A stretch of DNA of 64,000 bases from Raja brachyura (taxonomy: Eukaryota). The DNA is taken from contig OY740785.1 in the NCBI GenBank assembly GCA_963514005.1, positions 54,808,001-54,872,000 on the forward strand. The letters run 5' to 3'. The number at the start of each line of letters is the position of its first letter. Within the stretch, counting starts at the first letter, position 1. The notes below the pieces were generated by a model that saw only the letters and a program-made list of their open reading frames with translations, was not told the origin of the DNA and did not search any database. The position numbers were made by a program, and so were the translations under genes. This document shows positions 36,661 to 50,286 of this stretch, one piece after another.

Positions 36661-38326
36661 GTGGCGACTTCCGGTTGTGGGAGACAGGAGAGTGAGCAGC
36701 ATGAAGGCAGCGTGAGTACTGAGCTCATCCCTGGCATACCATGTATGGAGCCAGGGGCTCTACGGCTCCCTGGCCTGTGAATTCCTGCCTGTTTAACACC
36801 CCTCCCCCCCCCCCACAAAATGCCGCGTTTCTTACCACCTGGCCTTGGGTTAAACTTTACCCCTCATTTGGTTTTAACAGACAATCAGCAATAACTGACG
36901 CCATCTTTTACTTCCTCATGTGGTCCATTATTACGAGGCTTTACTATACTCTTTTATGCTGGTTGATAGTTTCTCTTTGAAATTAATAATTTATTTACTT
37001 GAATGTAGAAAGTTTTGATGCTATAGTCCACTTAATTTTATCTTATTTTTCTTTTCTGCAATGGTTGGAAGCAGTAAAAACTTTGCAATCAAGTTGTTTA
37101 CTGAAGGATCTTTCAAGTTGCTTCCATAACATTAGATGGCAGAAATTACTGCACCATTTGCCCAAAGCATTAAATTATTGTTTAGATTTGTTTATTGATT
37201 AAAGAAATGGAGGCAGAATTTTGGCAATGTTGGCAATTTTGCAGCTAGGTTATGAAGTTTTGTTTGTCATTTTGTTGTGAGCCCTGTAAAAAGTTCAATG
37301 CAAGTACTCTTAATTGCATGTTTTGTTATTTGACTTGTTGCTGCAGTTTCTCTGAGTTTATATCAGTGTTAAATTGGGCAATGCCATATCTGATTTTTCT
37401 CCGTACCAGGGTTTTCCAAGGCATGTGTAGTCCAGATATTGGTTCCATTGAGATCTTTGGGTCATTTCATCAAGAGCTCCATTGTTCTGTTAATTGTCAT
37501 CATAGTTTTGTAACGTGTGCTGTATGCACTCATTGCAAAGTATTGTAGCTGGTATGTTTTAATTTACCTTTGTCAATATCATTTCAGTAAGAATCTTTTC
37601 TGAATATATGTTAGAGCCTCTTAATTTCTTGTATTTAGACTTGCTAACAATTGGTTTTCCTATCGAAACAATGAACTCCTGGTGCTGGTTTACAGATAAT
37701 GCACAAAGTGCTGGAGTAACTCAGCAGATTAGGCAGCATCTCTGGACAATGTGGATAGGGATGATTTGGGTTGGGACCATTCAGACTGATTGTTGGGGGG
37801 GAAGGGGGTGGATGGAAGAAAGCTGGAAGAAAGAATGGGAAGAATACAGCCTGGCAAGTAATAAGTTGATACAGGTATGTGCGGGGAGCGGGGGATAGGC
37901 AGATGGTTCAATAAATGCTACAGATAAAAATAACAAAGCTGTGAGACAAAACACTTGAAGGGTTGTGAAGCTAAGAAACAAAAATAGGGAGGGGAGAAAT
38001 AGATGTGAGGCCAAGTTGGGGTGGGGGGGGGGGGGCATGGGGAGAGAGGAGAGGGGTTGTATAGACTTCCGTGTCCAATGAATTAGTCTGCCAAAATATC
38101 TGTTGTGCATTGCATGTAGCATATGTAAGGTCTATCTCTCTGTTGCTATATAATTTGATGTAGATGATTCTGATTCTATTCATACTGTCGGTCTTTTATT
38201 TATTGCTTTATTGTTTCCCTCTTTGCCTGCCATCCTTTTTGTGATTTTTGTAATCCTTATCCCAGTTTTTCCACTTTTGTTCTCCTCTTCATCCTTTTTT
38301 TTGCATTTACTTATTTCTACCTTTAC

Positions 38327-38414
38327 TCTGAAGAAGGGTCTCGACCCGAAAGGTCACCCATCCCTTCTCTCCAGAGATGCTGTGTGTCCCGCTGAATTAC
38401 TCCAGCATTTTGTG
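38327..38414 (+). mobile_element. Hammerhead-type mini-retroposon in CENPW intron 1
   Basis: CTGAAGAAGGGTCTCGACCCGAAAGGTC at 38328-38355. TSD TCTACCTTTAC at 38316-38326 and 38415-38425. Confidence 0.75.
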
Positions 38415-38665
38415 TCTACCTTTACCTAGTTTGGTTCAGGTCATTGACTTGAAATATTAGCTCTATCTGTCCTGAATACATACTTGCCCGAGATAACTCA
38501 TTGCCTTTGGACAAATTTATTCAGCTGCTTTAATAGTGCTGATTTTTAATAGAATAATTTTAATAACAGAAAATTGCTTGGTTCTAGGCAGCCCTTTTTC
38601 TATATTTTTCTCTTCCCTGTTGAACATTTGATGTTTAGAAGTAACTTTTTAAATTTTAATTGTAG

Positions 38666-38779
38666 GTGCATTTAAACTGTCTCTTGTTCTTGCATCGTCT
38701 GGCACAAGAGGCTAGGATTAAAGCTGTTGAAGCCAAGTGTTCTGCCATTCAACCAGATCATATCATGGAAGTGGCAAAG
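38666..38779 (+). CDS. CENPW: Centromere protein W, coding exon 2 (histone fold)
   Basis: Acceptor TGTAG|, 114 nt, VHLNCLLFLHRLAQEARIKAVEAKCSAIQPDHIMEVAK, donor AAG|GTAAAA. Confidence 0.96.
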
Positions 38780-38979
38780 GTAAAATTATAATGCCAAATA
38801 GTCATATTTATTTTTAAAACTGGGTATGGTAAGAATCCAATTGACATCTACTCCAGTGAGTGTGACAATAAATTCACAAGCCGTCAACTGCTGCGAATAA
38901 AATTGTTGAATTATTCAAAATATCTTGTTCATTATGATGCCAAAAACTTGTTCCACTAGTAGGTGGCAACAGATGACCT

Positions 38980-39390
38980 CAGGAAGGGTGGAGCCCATAA
39001 TGACCCATTGTTGGCCGGGGAAGGTATGATAACGAGAGGGATACAAAGATGTGAACAGTGGAACTGGCAGAACGACTAGGGAGGGAGAGAATGCAGAAAT
39101 TACTTGAAATTAGAGAAATCAATATTTATTCCCTGGGTTGTAAGCTGCCCACGTGAAATATGAGGTGCTGTTCCTCTAATTTGTGTGTGGCCTCACTCTG
39201 ATAGTGGAGGAGGCCCAGGACAGGAAGGTCAGTATGGGAAGGGGAGTTCAAATGTTTGCCAACTGGGAAATCGCAGTGGCCAAGGTGGACTGAGTGTAAG
39301 TGTTCACCGAAACGATTGGCATGTCTACACTTGATATGAGACAGCACGGGGATACAGTAGATGAGATTTGAGGAGTTGCAAGTAAACTCT
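38980..39390 (-). mobile_element. Penelope-like GIY-YIG 3' fragment in CENPW intron 2
   Basis: ORF 39126..39347 (RFGEHL..KLEEQHLIF..GSLQP) is homologous to ORF 7043..7762. Confidence 0.75.
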
Positions 39391-40210
39391 CTGCTTGATA
39401 GTGGTTTTAGCTTGTCCAGGCATAGAGAGCACTAAACAGCTGCATTATCATTTCAGCTTAAGTGGACATATTTTGCATTTATTTTTTTGATAGTAAGCGT
39501 AAATATGATACAGCAAGACAAGATGGGTTTAATTGTTTTACTGAATTGGAATTTATTAATCTCTGTTATTAATGAAATCAATAAATCGTTTGCCTTGAGC
39601 ATGGGGATTCAGATATAAACCTGTACCTCGAGCAATGGGTTTATTTGCTTCATTTTGCTCCAAGCTCCATTTAATTCTTGATTCTGTTGATATACTGATA
39701 TAATGGGCGGTATCTGAAAATCTAAACAAAAATTATTTCCATTCGTAAACCACTAATTTCACTACTAAGCTCACCTCAAATTTTGTAGATTTTCAGTATA
39801 TTTGTTTACAGATGATAATAAAACACAATTGTTAACGGTAAATTAGTAATTTATCTGATTAAAATATTTAGAATCTACCTTTTTAAAATTTATTTTAAAT
39901 ATATCTTTATTAGAGGTACCGTAAGTTACATCAGTGTACATCCCATATATAGTTTTACAATCATTGTACCCCGATCTACCTTGTATACATAATTCTCTTT
40001 CATTTATTTAATACATAATTCTCAACGAGTTCTGATGCTCCTTTGATAGTTTTCCAACTAAATAAAATTTACTCATGCAGAAATATTTGTTTTGACCTCC
40101 AGTTATAATTATGACATGACAACCTGTTCTCAGATCATTGTGTTCAAAGCATATGATATATCATAAAACATACTTAACCACTGAAAGTATGTTTCTCTTT
40201 GAATTCGCAG

Positions 40211-40237
40211 ACTGTTCTGAAGAAGAGTAGAGGCTGA
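40211..40237 (+). CDS. CENPW: Centromere protein W, coding exon 3
   Basis: Acceptor TTCGCAG|, then TVLKKSRG and stop, the conserved CENP-W C-terminus. Confidence 0.95.
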   Translation, partial: TVLKKSRG

Positions 40238-40609
40238 AGGGAAACGTATGCAGATTATGCTTGTATTTTATAAACCGATGCAAATGGAAATACTGAGTTT
40301 TATGTAACCACGAAAATGTATGAGATTTTTGAAGCGGTGAAAGATCCTTGCTGAGATCCTTTACTCTTGTGATATTTTGCTTGTGTTATTTCATTTAAAT
40401 ATAACATTTTTTTGCTATGACACGGTTGAGGTGCGTTTTCACAACATATTGCTGATTCTACAAAAATAGAAAGCATGTTAAATTCTGGTCATATGTACAA
40501 TACATATTGCAATTCAAGGAGTTTATTTGCCGAAGGAATCTAGTTTTTGACATGTTGAATTGCATGTGGCAAAAAAAATTAAATGATCAGTATATTTTAA
40601 CTTGTCCAT

Positions 40610-40615
40610 AATAAA
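40610..40615 (+). terminator. Candidate CENPW polyadenylation signal
   Basis: AATAAA about 370 nt after the stop codon. An ATTAAA at 40578-40583 is an alternative. Confidence 0.4.
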
Positions 40616-41539
40616 ATTATAAAAAAATGTTATTAAATGACTTGCCAATCAAATGTTCGTGGTTAGTATTGATCACATTGATGCATTGGCTTTCAATCCA
40701 GTTTGTATTGAAAGATCTTAAAGTGTTATCGGTGGTCTTGCACAAACATCGATTTGACCTTTCAGCAGAAACTTAGTGGTGTATTATGAGACTAAGGCTA
40801 ATATAATTGCCAGTGGTGTTGTGCAAAGAGGAGAATATCAAATTCCTTTTCCTCCATGCAATCTATTCATGCTACAATTATACTGGCTTTATTACTGAAA
40901 ACATCATAAAATCATAAACTTGTACAGCATGGAAAAATGCTATTTTACTCAACTGGCCTCTGCTGACTCCTTAAAAGTGGAATTGTGCTGAATCCTCCTG
41001 CCTCTGTCAACGCAGTGAAGTTCCTCATTTTCAATCTGTCAGGTGGGCTTTTATAGGAAAAGGGTTTGAACTCGGTTGTCATCACTTCAGGAAGAATATA
41101 CCTGATTATGATAAACACAGCAAAGATTCTCCTGTCTATGCCAACAAAATCATGCAATATGCCATGCATTGACTGCATAAGAAAACCGGGTAAGCACTAC
41201 ATTGCCAGCAGGTTTCTGTCCAAGATGTGCATTCACAGAAGGAAATGCCACCATGTTCTATTTTAATCACCTCACCAAGACAAAATCAGCAGAGGTTCTG
41301 TGCCAATGATTTCACTACATCATCTAAAATAAAGACGCCATGGTCATTGAGCCACCTGCCAGAGTGAACTCTCTTGGTATCTTTGAATGTCTCAATCTTA
41401 ACATCTTGGGTCTCAAGTTATCTCTTAAACTTTTAAACAAAGATATTTGTAATTTTTCCTGAAATCATCTCTGACAATATCCTGTAACTCTATCCTTTAA
41501 GATCAAGGTAGATTTCCAGGACTATGTCCAACAAAATGT

Positions 41540-41745
41540 TGGTCACATCTTTCCATCTCCTCCCTTTTCTGCTTTCTGCAGAGACTGTTCCCTCCGTAAC
41601 TCCCTGGTCAATTTGTCCGTTCCCACCCAAACCACCTCCTCCCTGGTACTTTCCCTTGCAACTGTAGGAAATGCTACACTTGTCACATTACTCCCCCCCC
41701 TCGACTCCATCCAAGGACCCAACCAGTCTTTCCAGGTGAGGCAGA
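41540..41745 (+). mobile_element. Penelope-like fragment
   Basis: Homologous to the reverse complement of 7760-7930 and to 63620-63810. Confidence 0.65.
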
Positions 41746-42967
41746 GAGAGAGAGATGGTGTTCCAAGTTGATAGCTTTTCATTGACATTTTAAAATCAAA
41801 CAGGTTTTTAGTTGCAGAGAATAGGGAAGTATGGCGAATGAATGTCTTTATAGGGAGGAATTTGTGACTGGCAATGACATTTAATGAAGTGCTGAGCGAA
41901 AGGAAGTTGAATCCTGGTAAATGGATGCTGCATCTTGACGACAGTGGAAGGTGAAAGATACAGCAAACTCGCCTACTGGGCCCTTGAAGTGGCCTACTGT
42001 TCTGCGATTAGCATGGGCCTGCGGCAGCTGCATGGAACAGCAGTGGAAGAACCCAATGGCAATGTGTTTGGCCAGACGGATCCCTACTCTATCGATCCAG
42101 TGTCGCCAGTACACTGTTTCAAGGTGAGAAATATAAGAATTGTCTGTCTCCTTGGGGATGGATTGAAGGTTTCAGAGACCTGGAAGTTGCAAAACGGCAC
42201 CAGAACATGGCAACTGTGAGCTGTTCCAGAAGAGGATCTATTGTACGTTTTGGATGATGTAATTTGATGGATTGCAAGCGGAACCATCGTTTCACTGTAT
42301 CTGCACGTGTGACACCATTGAAGGGTTATTATGTGCAAATAATTTGGAAGTAAAATAAGTAGATGGATGAGAACAGGGGAGAGCAATGGAGTTTATATAC
42401 AAAATATTACAATTGCTGGAAATGAAAAGACAGATTTGCAGTAGATAAGGCAGAATTTATAGATTGATGAATGACCTGTCAGAACTGCAAAAAGCTAGTT
42501 ATCAGAAACTGTTAAATTGCACATTGCCTTCAAAATGCGGTAATGTGCCATCAAAAGATGAGACATTCCTCAAAGTTGCAGTTATAATAGTGAAAAAAGT
42601 CAGAGAGGGATGGGATGTGAAATGGACAATTGAAGTGAAAGGCAATTCAAGGCTCTATTTTCCTTGTGGGGTGAACAGATGTGGAAAGCACTCTGATTCT
42701 CTAGAGGGTAATACATTATGAGCAATGAATGCACATGATAAATAGGAGACGAACAAGTGATTTGCTGCTCTGCCTGGAAAGAGTGGGTGTCTGTATGATG
42801 TGGAAGAGGTAAAAAGGTGTTCCCTGTAGGAGCATGTGGAGATGATGTGAAGAGGAGAGTAGAGGTGTTTATAGAATAATCTCAAGAAAGCTGAAAGGGA
42901 AGTGGAGAAAGAAGTCCCTTGACTTGGGGATGGTGGAAATTATGGATGACATTCCACTAAATATGGA

Positions 42968-43070
42968 AGATAGACACAAAATGCTGGAGTAACACAGCAG
43001 GACAGGCAGCATCTCTGAAGAGAAGGAATGAGTGACGTTTCAGGTTGAGACCCTTCTTCAGACTCAATAA
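42968..43070 (-). mobile_element. Hammerhead-type mini-retroposon copy
   Basis: Core on the minus strand at 43034-43061. TSD CCACTAAA(T/C)ATGGA starting at 42954 and 43071. Confidence 0.72.
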
Positions 43071-43441
43071 CCACTAAACATGGAGGCTGGTTGGATGGAT
43101 GGAAACTGAAAACAATTTAAAAGAGCTAAGGATATTGGACATATCAATAATGAGTTGGAAGAAACTAAATATGTATATAGTAGAGGAAGAAGTAGGTGTT
43201 TTGAATTTTAAAACTGGTTGAAATAATGGGCATACTATGGGAATTTTGCCTGCTAGTCTTGGAGAAGAGAGAGAGAGAGAACCTGAATTTTCATTTTTTA
43301 GGAGTTTATTTAACTGGATGGATGATCTTCCGAGGAAATAAGACTGACAGTTAAGAAGAGTCCTCTAATCTTTATTCTGGTCAAAATCCAAACGCAAGAG
43401 CGGAGAAGTGTCGGGGAACCATTCAGCTCAGTTCGCCAGAG

Positions 43442-46400
43442 AATAGTAAGATTGAACGAGAACTTACCAGTTCGAAGGTTGATCATTATTTCATGAGGAG
43501 TCGCGGTGAGGGATTTCGTGAAGAGCCCGCCGGCGCGCATGCTCGACATTCTTCAAAGTAGCGGTGTGGAATCACAGAAACCAGTAACAGAAATGACTTG
43601 GCATAGTAAGATTAAAGAGACTCAAATTACCAGATGAAGGTGAATGAGGGTTGGGCGTGGAGGGCACGAAATCCCTCACCGCGACTCCGCTGTGGTGTTG
43701 TCTATTTGGAGACGGACATGAGCTCCAATAAGCTTGGAACAATAAGCACGAAGTCCGTGGAATGCTGCAAGTATCTCCAAATAGTTTATCCCTTGTGACA
43801 ACAACATAGCAGCCTCAAGGGTGTCCCATCTGCCCCCGCAACTAGAGCAATTATCTGTAGCTCCCCAGCCATAAGAGCTCGCATCAGTTTGCAAGTATAC
43901 CACCGGATTAGCCTCAATAATAGGCTTAAATGAGTTACTAATGTGACACACCCACCATCGTAACTCATCCTTTGCTTCAGGCGGCAGCTGCATTGGTCGA
44001 TCATAATGACCAGCGTTCTGTTTTAACGCAGCGTTCTTGGCTCTTTGCAAATTCTGATAATGCAAAGGCCCATATCTGGCTGCCGGAAACAATGCGACAA
44101 GTTTGCCAATTACGAATAGAGTCCACCGTAAACCCCAGATAATGTATACCTGGGAAGGGCAGAACTTTGATTTTTCTGGATGGACAATAAACCCCAGCTG
44201 CTGGAATATATTGACAGCAGCTGCAACTCCCTGTTCAGCCAATTCCAGGGTGTGGCCGACAATTAAGATATCATCTAAATAGGCCATTACTATATGGTGT
44301 CGTTCTCGTAATTAAGCCATAATTGGTTTCACCAATTTAGTGAATAATCTAGGGGCTGTGGTAAGCCCGTTTGGCAAAGCCCTATATTGCCAGAGTTGAC
44401 CCATCCAGATAAATTTCAAAAACCTCCTATAGTATTTTTGAATGGATACAGAATAGGATACAAAGGATACAAAATCAATGCATGCCATAAAGCAACCATG
44501 TGAAATCAATGATTTGGCTGTTTCAAAAGTGAACATTTTGAAATGAGTATATGTTACAAAAGTATTTAAACGAGTCAGGTCAATAATGACTCGACAGCCT
44601 CCATTCTTCTTTGGTCTAGTGAATATATTAGAAACAAATTCAACTGGCTCATGAACCGCTTTCTCTACCACTCCCTTCTGTTCTAACCTTAAAATTTCCT
44701 TGTAGCCTGCTGCCTGTTCTGCAGCAGACAGTGTACATGTTCGACCAGGCCTGTGCTGGGATGGAGGAATGTCCCCATTAAGAAACTCAATTTTATGACC
44801 CTGAATATTTTGTAACACATACTCGTCACCAGTAAAATCACCCCATGCTCCCAAAAAGAACCGAAGGCGCCCACCAACATGTGAGGTTAGACAAAGGGAA
44901 AAGAGAGAACCAGACCGCCTCACCTCCGTGGTTACCGGCGGTCTTTGACACGTGTGGGTGGACGTGGAGGTGCTGGGTTGGCTTGAGGGCGCGGCGTCCT
45001 CATCTTCCACCAGGGTTTCTGCCGGCCCTGTCCTAAAAAAGCCCCCCTGCTGCTGGGGCTGTTGGTAACGAGGTGGAGCTGGAGGGTAGGTCCTTGTAGA
45101 GGTGCTGGCAGACCCTCGTGGACGAACAAGCGGAGCTTTCGAGCCCGACGGCGTGGGGGCACTATGAGAGCGCATGAGTCCCACCGTCTTGGCTTGTTCG
45201 TCAAGCTCTTTGACTCTCTTCGAGAGACCTTCTCCAAAGAGCTGACGGGGCGGCGGCGGCGGCGGTGGTTTGCACAACCCTGCAAACTTAGGGTTGAGCG
45301 CCGGGCGGATGCTGCTTTTGCGGAACCCATTGATCTCATGTTGAGTTGCGCATAATAGAGCCAGAGCATCCTCCTGATCCAAATTTAATTCATCCCCATC
45401 AACCGACCGCACAAAGGCGGTAATACCGGCCGTGAGGAGCTTCAGGATCCGCTGAAGTTTCAGCTCGTGTTGATGTTGCCCCATATCGGCGTATTGACCA
45501 CAGGCACGTTGAGGGAGTTGCAGTTGGATGGAGCCTTGTGACGGCTCATGGCTTGAATGAGAACTTCTTCCTGGAGCTGATGGTTGTTGAGGAAGTCCAC
45601 TGTGGCTGCCAATTTTGAATTCAGGGGAAGCCCAGACGTGTGTGGGGCCGCGAACTTAGTGGCCACATCAAGAAGTTCCTCCGCTGGTAAATCTGACGGA
45701 GGTGGTATGGGATCAACCAAAACCTCCTCATCCTGCTGCTCCAGGCTGATGGTGGAAGTTGGTGAAAAAGCCCCGTGCCTGTCGCTGCTGGACGCTTGCT
45801 GCTGTTGACCTTGAAGCAGGAGCTCCAGCAGCCGCTCCATACGGTCAATACGCCCCTCACCCTGAACACTCGGGTGGTCGGAGTCCTCCGGCTCTGAGAA
45901 AATGCCGGGGCCCCTATCATCGGCCCGCACCTCATCGAGGCCCACCCGGTGCCGGTAGTCGTTGCTAACAGCCGCCGAAGCGAAACTGCGCGATTCCCAC
46001 GCGGGTGTGTTCAACCGCCTCCGTTTAGCGGGAGCTGAAGCCGCTGCCACTAAGGGCACTTGCGGCGTGGTGTCGGCACCAGCCGTAGCATGGATACCTG
46101 ATGCCCGCGCGGGCTTGCCGGCTGCCCACGTCGTGGACCTTGCCGACGCATGGTCTCGCCCACCCATCCATGGGGGACTCGGCGACCGTGACGAGACCCA
46201 ACCGACCCGTCCCGGCGTCGAGAGTTGGGGGGCGTCGACTGGACCTCACAGCCGCCCCGGGTCTCGCCCTGGAACCTGACCGCTCCTCGGCGGCAGGTAA
46301 TGCCTTAGCCCCGACAGGGTTAGGCTTCCGGGCTCCTGCCCTTCCCCTACTCGGAGGGTTGAGGGAAAAGGGCCGTGCAGCTGCACGGACCCCTCTGCTC

Positions 46401-46856
46401 GAGGTTGCCAGCAAGCCTGCTGACGACCTGACTGCCATGGCAGGGTCCTCCTGCTCTGGCGGCACACCACACTCCTCCTCGTCGAACTCCCCCGAACAGT
46501 GGTGTGCTGGCGGATCCGGACCTGTACACACAGGGCTTACCGATATTCCCGCCTGTGTCCCGGCCTGCGCTGCAGGTACCGCCGATATCAATGGCTCCGG
46601 GACTGCTGACCGGCGACCTCGTCCAGACGTCCTCCGGCCCTTGGAACTCCCATCCATGTCCTTGCTGCAAGAAACAAATCAATACAACAAGGACCACCAA
46701 CTTAAGGTAGGACACTTACCTCAGTGGTTCCCTATGAAGGGCTGGCGAGGAGCGCGCTCCACCGCCAGCCGTCGCAGCAACGCGATACGACGATATGTCG
46801 AGCATGCGCGCCGGCGGGCTCTTCATGAAGTCACTCACGTGACTCCGAAATGAAAT
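43442..46856 (-). mobile_element. DIRS-type retrotransposon, internally deleted (gag, RT and RNase H; no methyltransferase or recombinase)
   Basis: RT motifs LPNGLTTAPRLFTK and YLDD; RNase H motifs TDAS and DNTTA. Terminal inverted matches (about 43519-43548 vs 46796-46826). AAT at both junctions. Confidence 0.9.
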
Positions 46857-47983
46857 AACACAGTCTGCTCTTGTCAGCAGGTTTGTTAATTGGTGTTTGG
46901 TCTCTGAGTAGATTGTTGTAAGTAAGAGCTAGTGGAAATTTGAGGCTACTAATATCACATCAGATATTTAAGAATAAATGAATTTGGAGTAAGATGGAAG
47001 TGAGGTATTCAGGTTGATTGAAAACTGGTGAAGTGAAAAAATGTGCCTAGTCTGGAGTTTTGACTCTTGGCGAAAGAAGGCGGAAGAAGGGACCAACTTC
47101 AGGCTGGGCTCAGAATTCATTGATTTGGAGATATGACAGGGTGAAGCTTAGCCACCTGTTGAAGACTGATAGTTCAGGATGGAAGAGATGGAAGTGACAA
47201 CAAAGGTTGTGACTGCTGGAGGAATAGTTTTCGAGGAAAGTGGAAGTGAAAAATGGGAATTAAAAAATTGTTGAAGTTTGAAAATCTTTTAAGGCAAAAA
47301 AAACGCCATTTTGGTCTTGTGCAACATTATCTACAGTAGAAATGGACACATCACCATCCAAATCTTTAATTGCATCACACAATAAGCCCAGGAAATTGAT
47401 CCTGATAAAGTGAATAGAATATATGATGAGAGCAGCAGCACCTGTATATAAAATTAAGGTGGTAGTCTGGTGAAGCTGCACAAAGGACTATGTGCTTATA
47501 CAAAATGAACATGAATAGAGCTGAGCAATCTCAAACAACAGTTGAAAGAACTGGAATGTCTCATTCAAGGTGGTGGATAACCATGAAATAGACAGGATGG
47601 GGCTCTAATAATGTCCCCATCCTTAGTGTTGGTGAGACCAGTTTTGGATCATAGGAAGAATGCCATTAAGCTGGAAAGCTACGATGTTGCCAGGAATCGA
47701 GTGCTTGAGTTATAAGGAGAGGCTGCATAGACTTTTTATTCCCCTGCAATGTAGGAGGCTGGTGTGACCTTATAGAAGTACAACGTGCTGAAAGGCATAG
47801 GTAAGATGAACTATCAGTCTTTTTACTAGGATAGAGTGTAGAACTTACAGTAAGGGCATAGGTTTAAGATGAAATGGGGTGGATTTAAGAGACCTGAAGG
47901 GCGATTTCTTCACACAGAGTAGTGCACAGAGCGAGCTGCCTAAGGAAGTTGTAGAGGTGGGTACAATGGTGATGTTTAAGGAC

Positions 47984-49482
47984 TCTTTCAAAACTCTTTA
48001 GATTCTGGAGTAGTTCCTGACGATTGGCGGGTAGCAAACATAACCCCTCTTTTTAAGAGGGGAGGGAGAGAGAAAATGGGGAATTACAGACCAGTTAGTC
48101 TAACATCGATAGTGGGGAAACTGCTAGAGTCAGTTATTAAAGATGGGATAGCAGCACATTTGGAAAGTGGTGAAATCATTGGACAAAGTCAGCATGGATT
48201 TACGAAAGGTAAATCATGTCTGACGAATCTTGTGGAATATTTCGAGGATGTAACTGGTAGCGTGGATAGGGGAGAACCAGTGGATGTGGTGTATCTGGAC
48301 TTCCAGAAGGCTTTCGACAAGGTTCCACATAAGAGATTAGTATACAAACTTGAAGCATACGGCATTGGGGGTTCAGTATTGATGTGGATAGAGAACTGGC
48401 TGGCAAACAGGAAGCAAAGAGTAGGACTAAACGGGTCCTTTTCACAATGGCAGGCAGTGATTAGTGGGGTTCAGCAAGGTTCAGTGCTGGGACCCCAGCT
48501 ATTTACAATATACATTAATGATCTGGATGAGGGAATTGAAGGCAATATCTCCAAGTTTGCGGATGACACTAAGCTGGGGGGCAGTGTTAGCCGTGAGGAG
48601 GATGCTAGGAAAACTGCAAGGTGACTTGGATAGGCTGGGTGAGTGGGCAAATGTTTGGCAGATGCAGTATAATGTGGATAAATATGAGGTTATCCACTTT
48701 GGTGGCAAAAACAGGAAAGGAGACTATTATCTAAATGGTGGCCGATTAGGAAAAGGGGAGATGCAGCGCGACCTGGGTGTCATGGTACATCAGTCATTGA
48801 AAGTAGGCATGCAGGTGCAGCAGGCAGTGAAGAAAGCGAATGGTGTGTTAGCTTTCATAACAAAAGGATTTGAGTATAGGAGCAGGGAGGTTCTACTTCA
48901 GTTGTATAGGGTCTTGGTGAGACCACACCTAGAGTATTGCGCACAGTTCTGGTCTCCAAATCTGAGGAAGGACATTATTGCCATAGAGGGAGTGCAGAGA
49001 AGGTTCACCAGATTGATTCCTGGGATGTCAGTACTGTCTTATGAAGAAAGACTGGATAGACTCGGTTTATACTCTCTAGAATTTAGGAGATTGAGAGGGG
49101 ATCTTATAGAAACTTACAAAATTCTAAAGGGGTTGGACAGGCTAGATGCAGGAAGATTGTTCCCGATGTTGGGGAGGTCCAGGACAAGGGGTCACAGCTT
49201 AAGGATAAGGGGGAAATCCTTTAGGACCGAGATGAGAAGGACTTTTTTCACACAGAGTCTCTGGAACTCTCTGCCACAGAGGGTAGTTGAGGCCAGTTTA
49301 TTGGCTATATTTACGAGGGAGTTAGATGTGGCCCTTGTAGCTAAGGGGATCAGCGGGTATGGAGAGAAGGCAGGTACGGGATACTGAGTTGGGTGATCAG
49401 CCATGATCATATTGAATTGTGGTGCAGGCTCATAGGGCCGAATGGCCTACTCCTGCACCTAATTTCTATGTTTCTATGTTTC
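47984..49482 (+). mobile_element. CR1 LINE, 5'-truncated, same young family as 7938-11187
   Basis: Near-identical RT, frameshift near 48610, (TTTCTATG)n tail. Nested in an older CR1 fragment. Confidence 0.93.
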
Positions 49483-50286
49483 AGACTGGTAAGTGGATAA
49501 GGATAGGTTTTGAGGGGTATTGGACATACGCAGGCAAATGTGCTTAGCTTAGCTATGAAACCTGGTCGATATGAACAAGTACCAAAGGATCTGTTTTACT
49601 TCGGAGTCACATGAGTGACTACGTGAAGAAGCCCCGCCAGGCGCATGTTCGGCATTACGTCGACGCATGTGGCACCGACAGGGTGGAGAGCGCAGCTCCC
49701 ACCAGCGGTAAGTTTAACCCGCAGGTAAGTCAGTGTTGAACTTCTTGCGAGTGTTTTTTAAACTCTGTAAGTCTGCAGAGCCAGCTAGAGTGTTTATGTA
49801 GTTTGGAAATTTTTTAAAAAACTCTGTAAATCTGGCTTGAAAATATGGAGCCAGCTAGAGTATAAGTATTTTTAAACTGCGGTAATTGAATGGAACGCGC
49901 TGAAACTGCAGTTTCCGATTTAGATCGGATCGGGGGATAAGGCTGATTTAAAAGCCGCTTTCCACTATTTACCGCTATTTAGATCGGGTTTGGAGATAAC
50001 GGCTGTGCTAAATGCTGGCTCCAAATACCCACAATTGTAAAATAAAGTCTGCTCTGTATATATGTTACCAGATGCAGTTTTCCTTTATAGAAATGTATAT
50101 AACCCTGTGCGATACTGAGGTTAATACAAATATTCTGCAAGCAGAATGTGCCTCTCAGAATTATAATTTTAAACATATATGATTTATGTACAAATACAAA
50201 ACGGTAAAGAAAGTAACTCTCCTCCAAGGGAGGACAAGAATGAGTGGAAGGCTGGAAATGGAGAAAATGCTCCACACTTGACTTAG

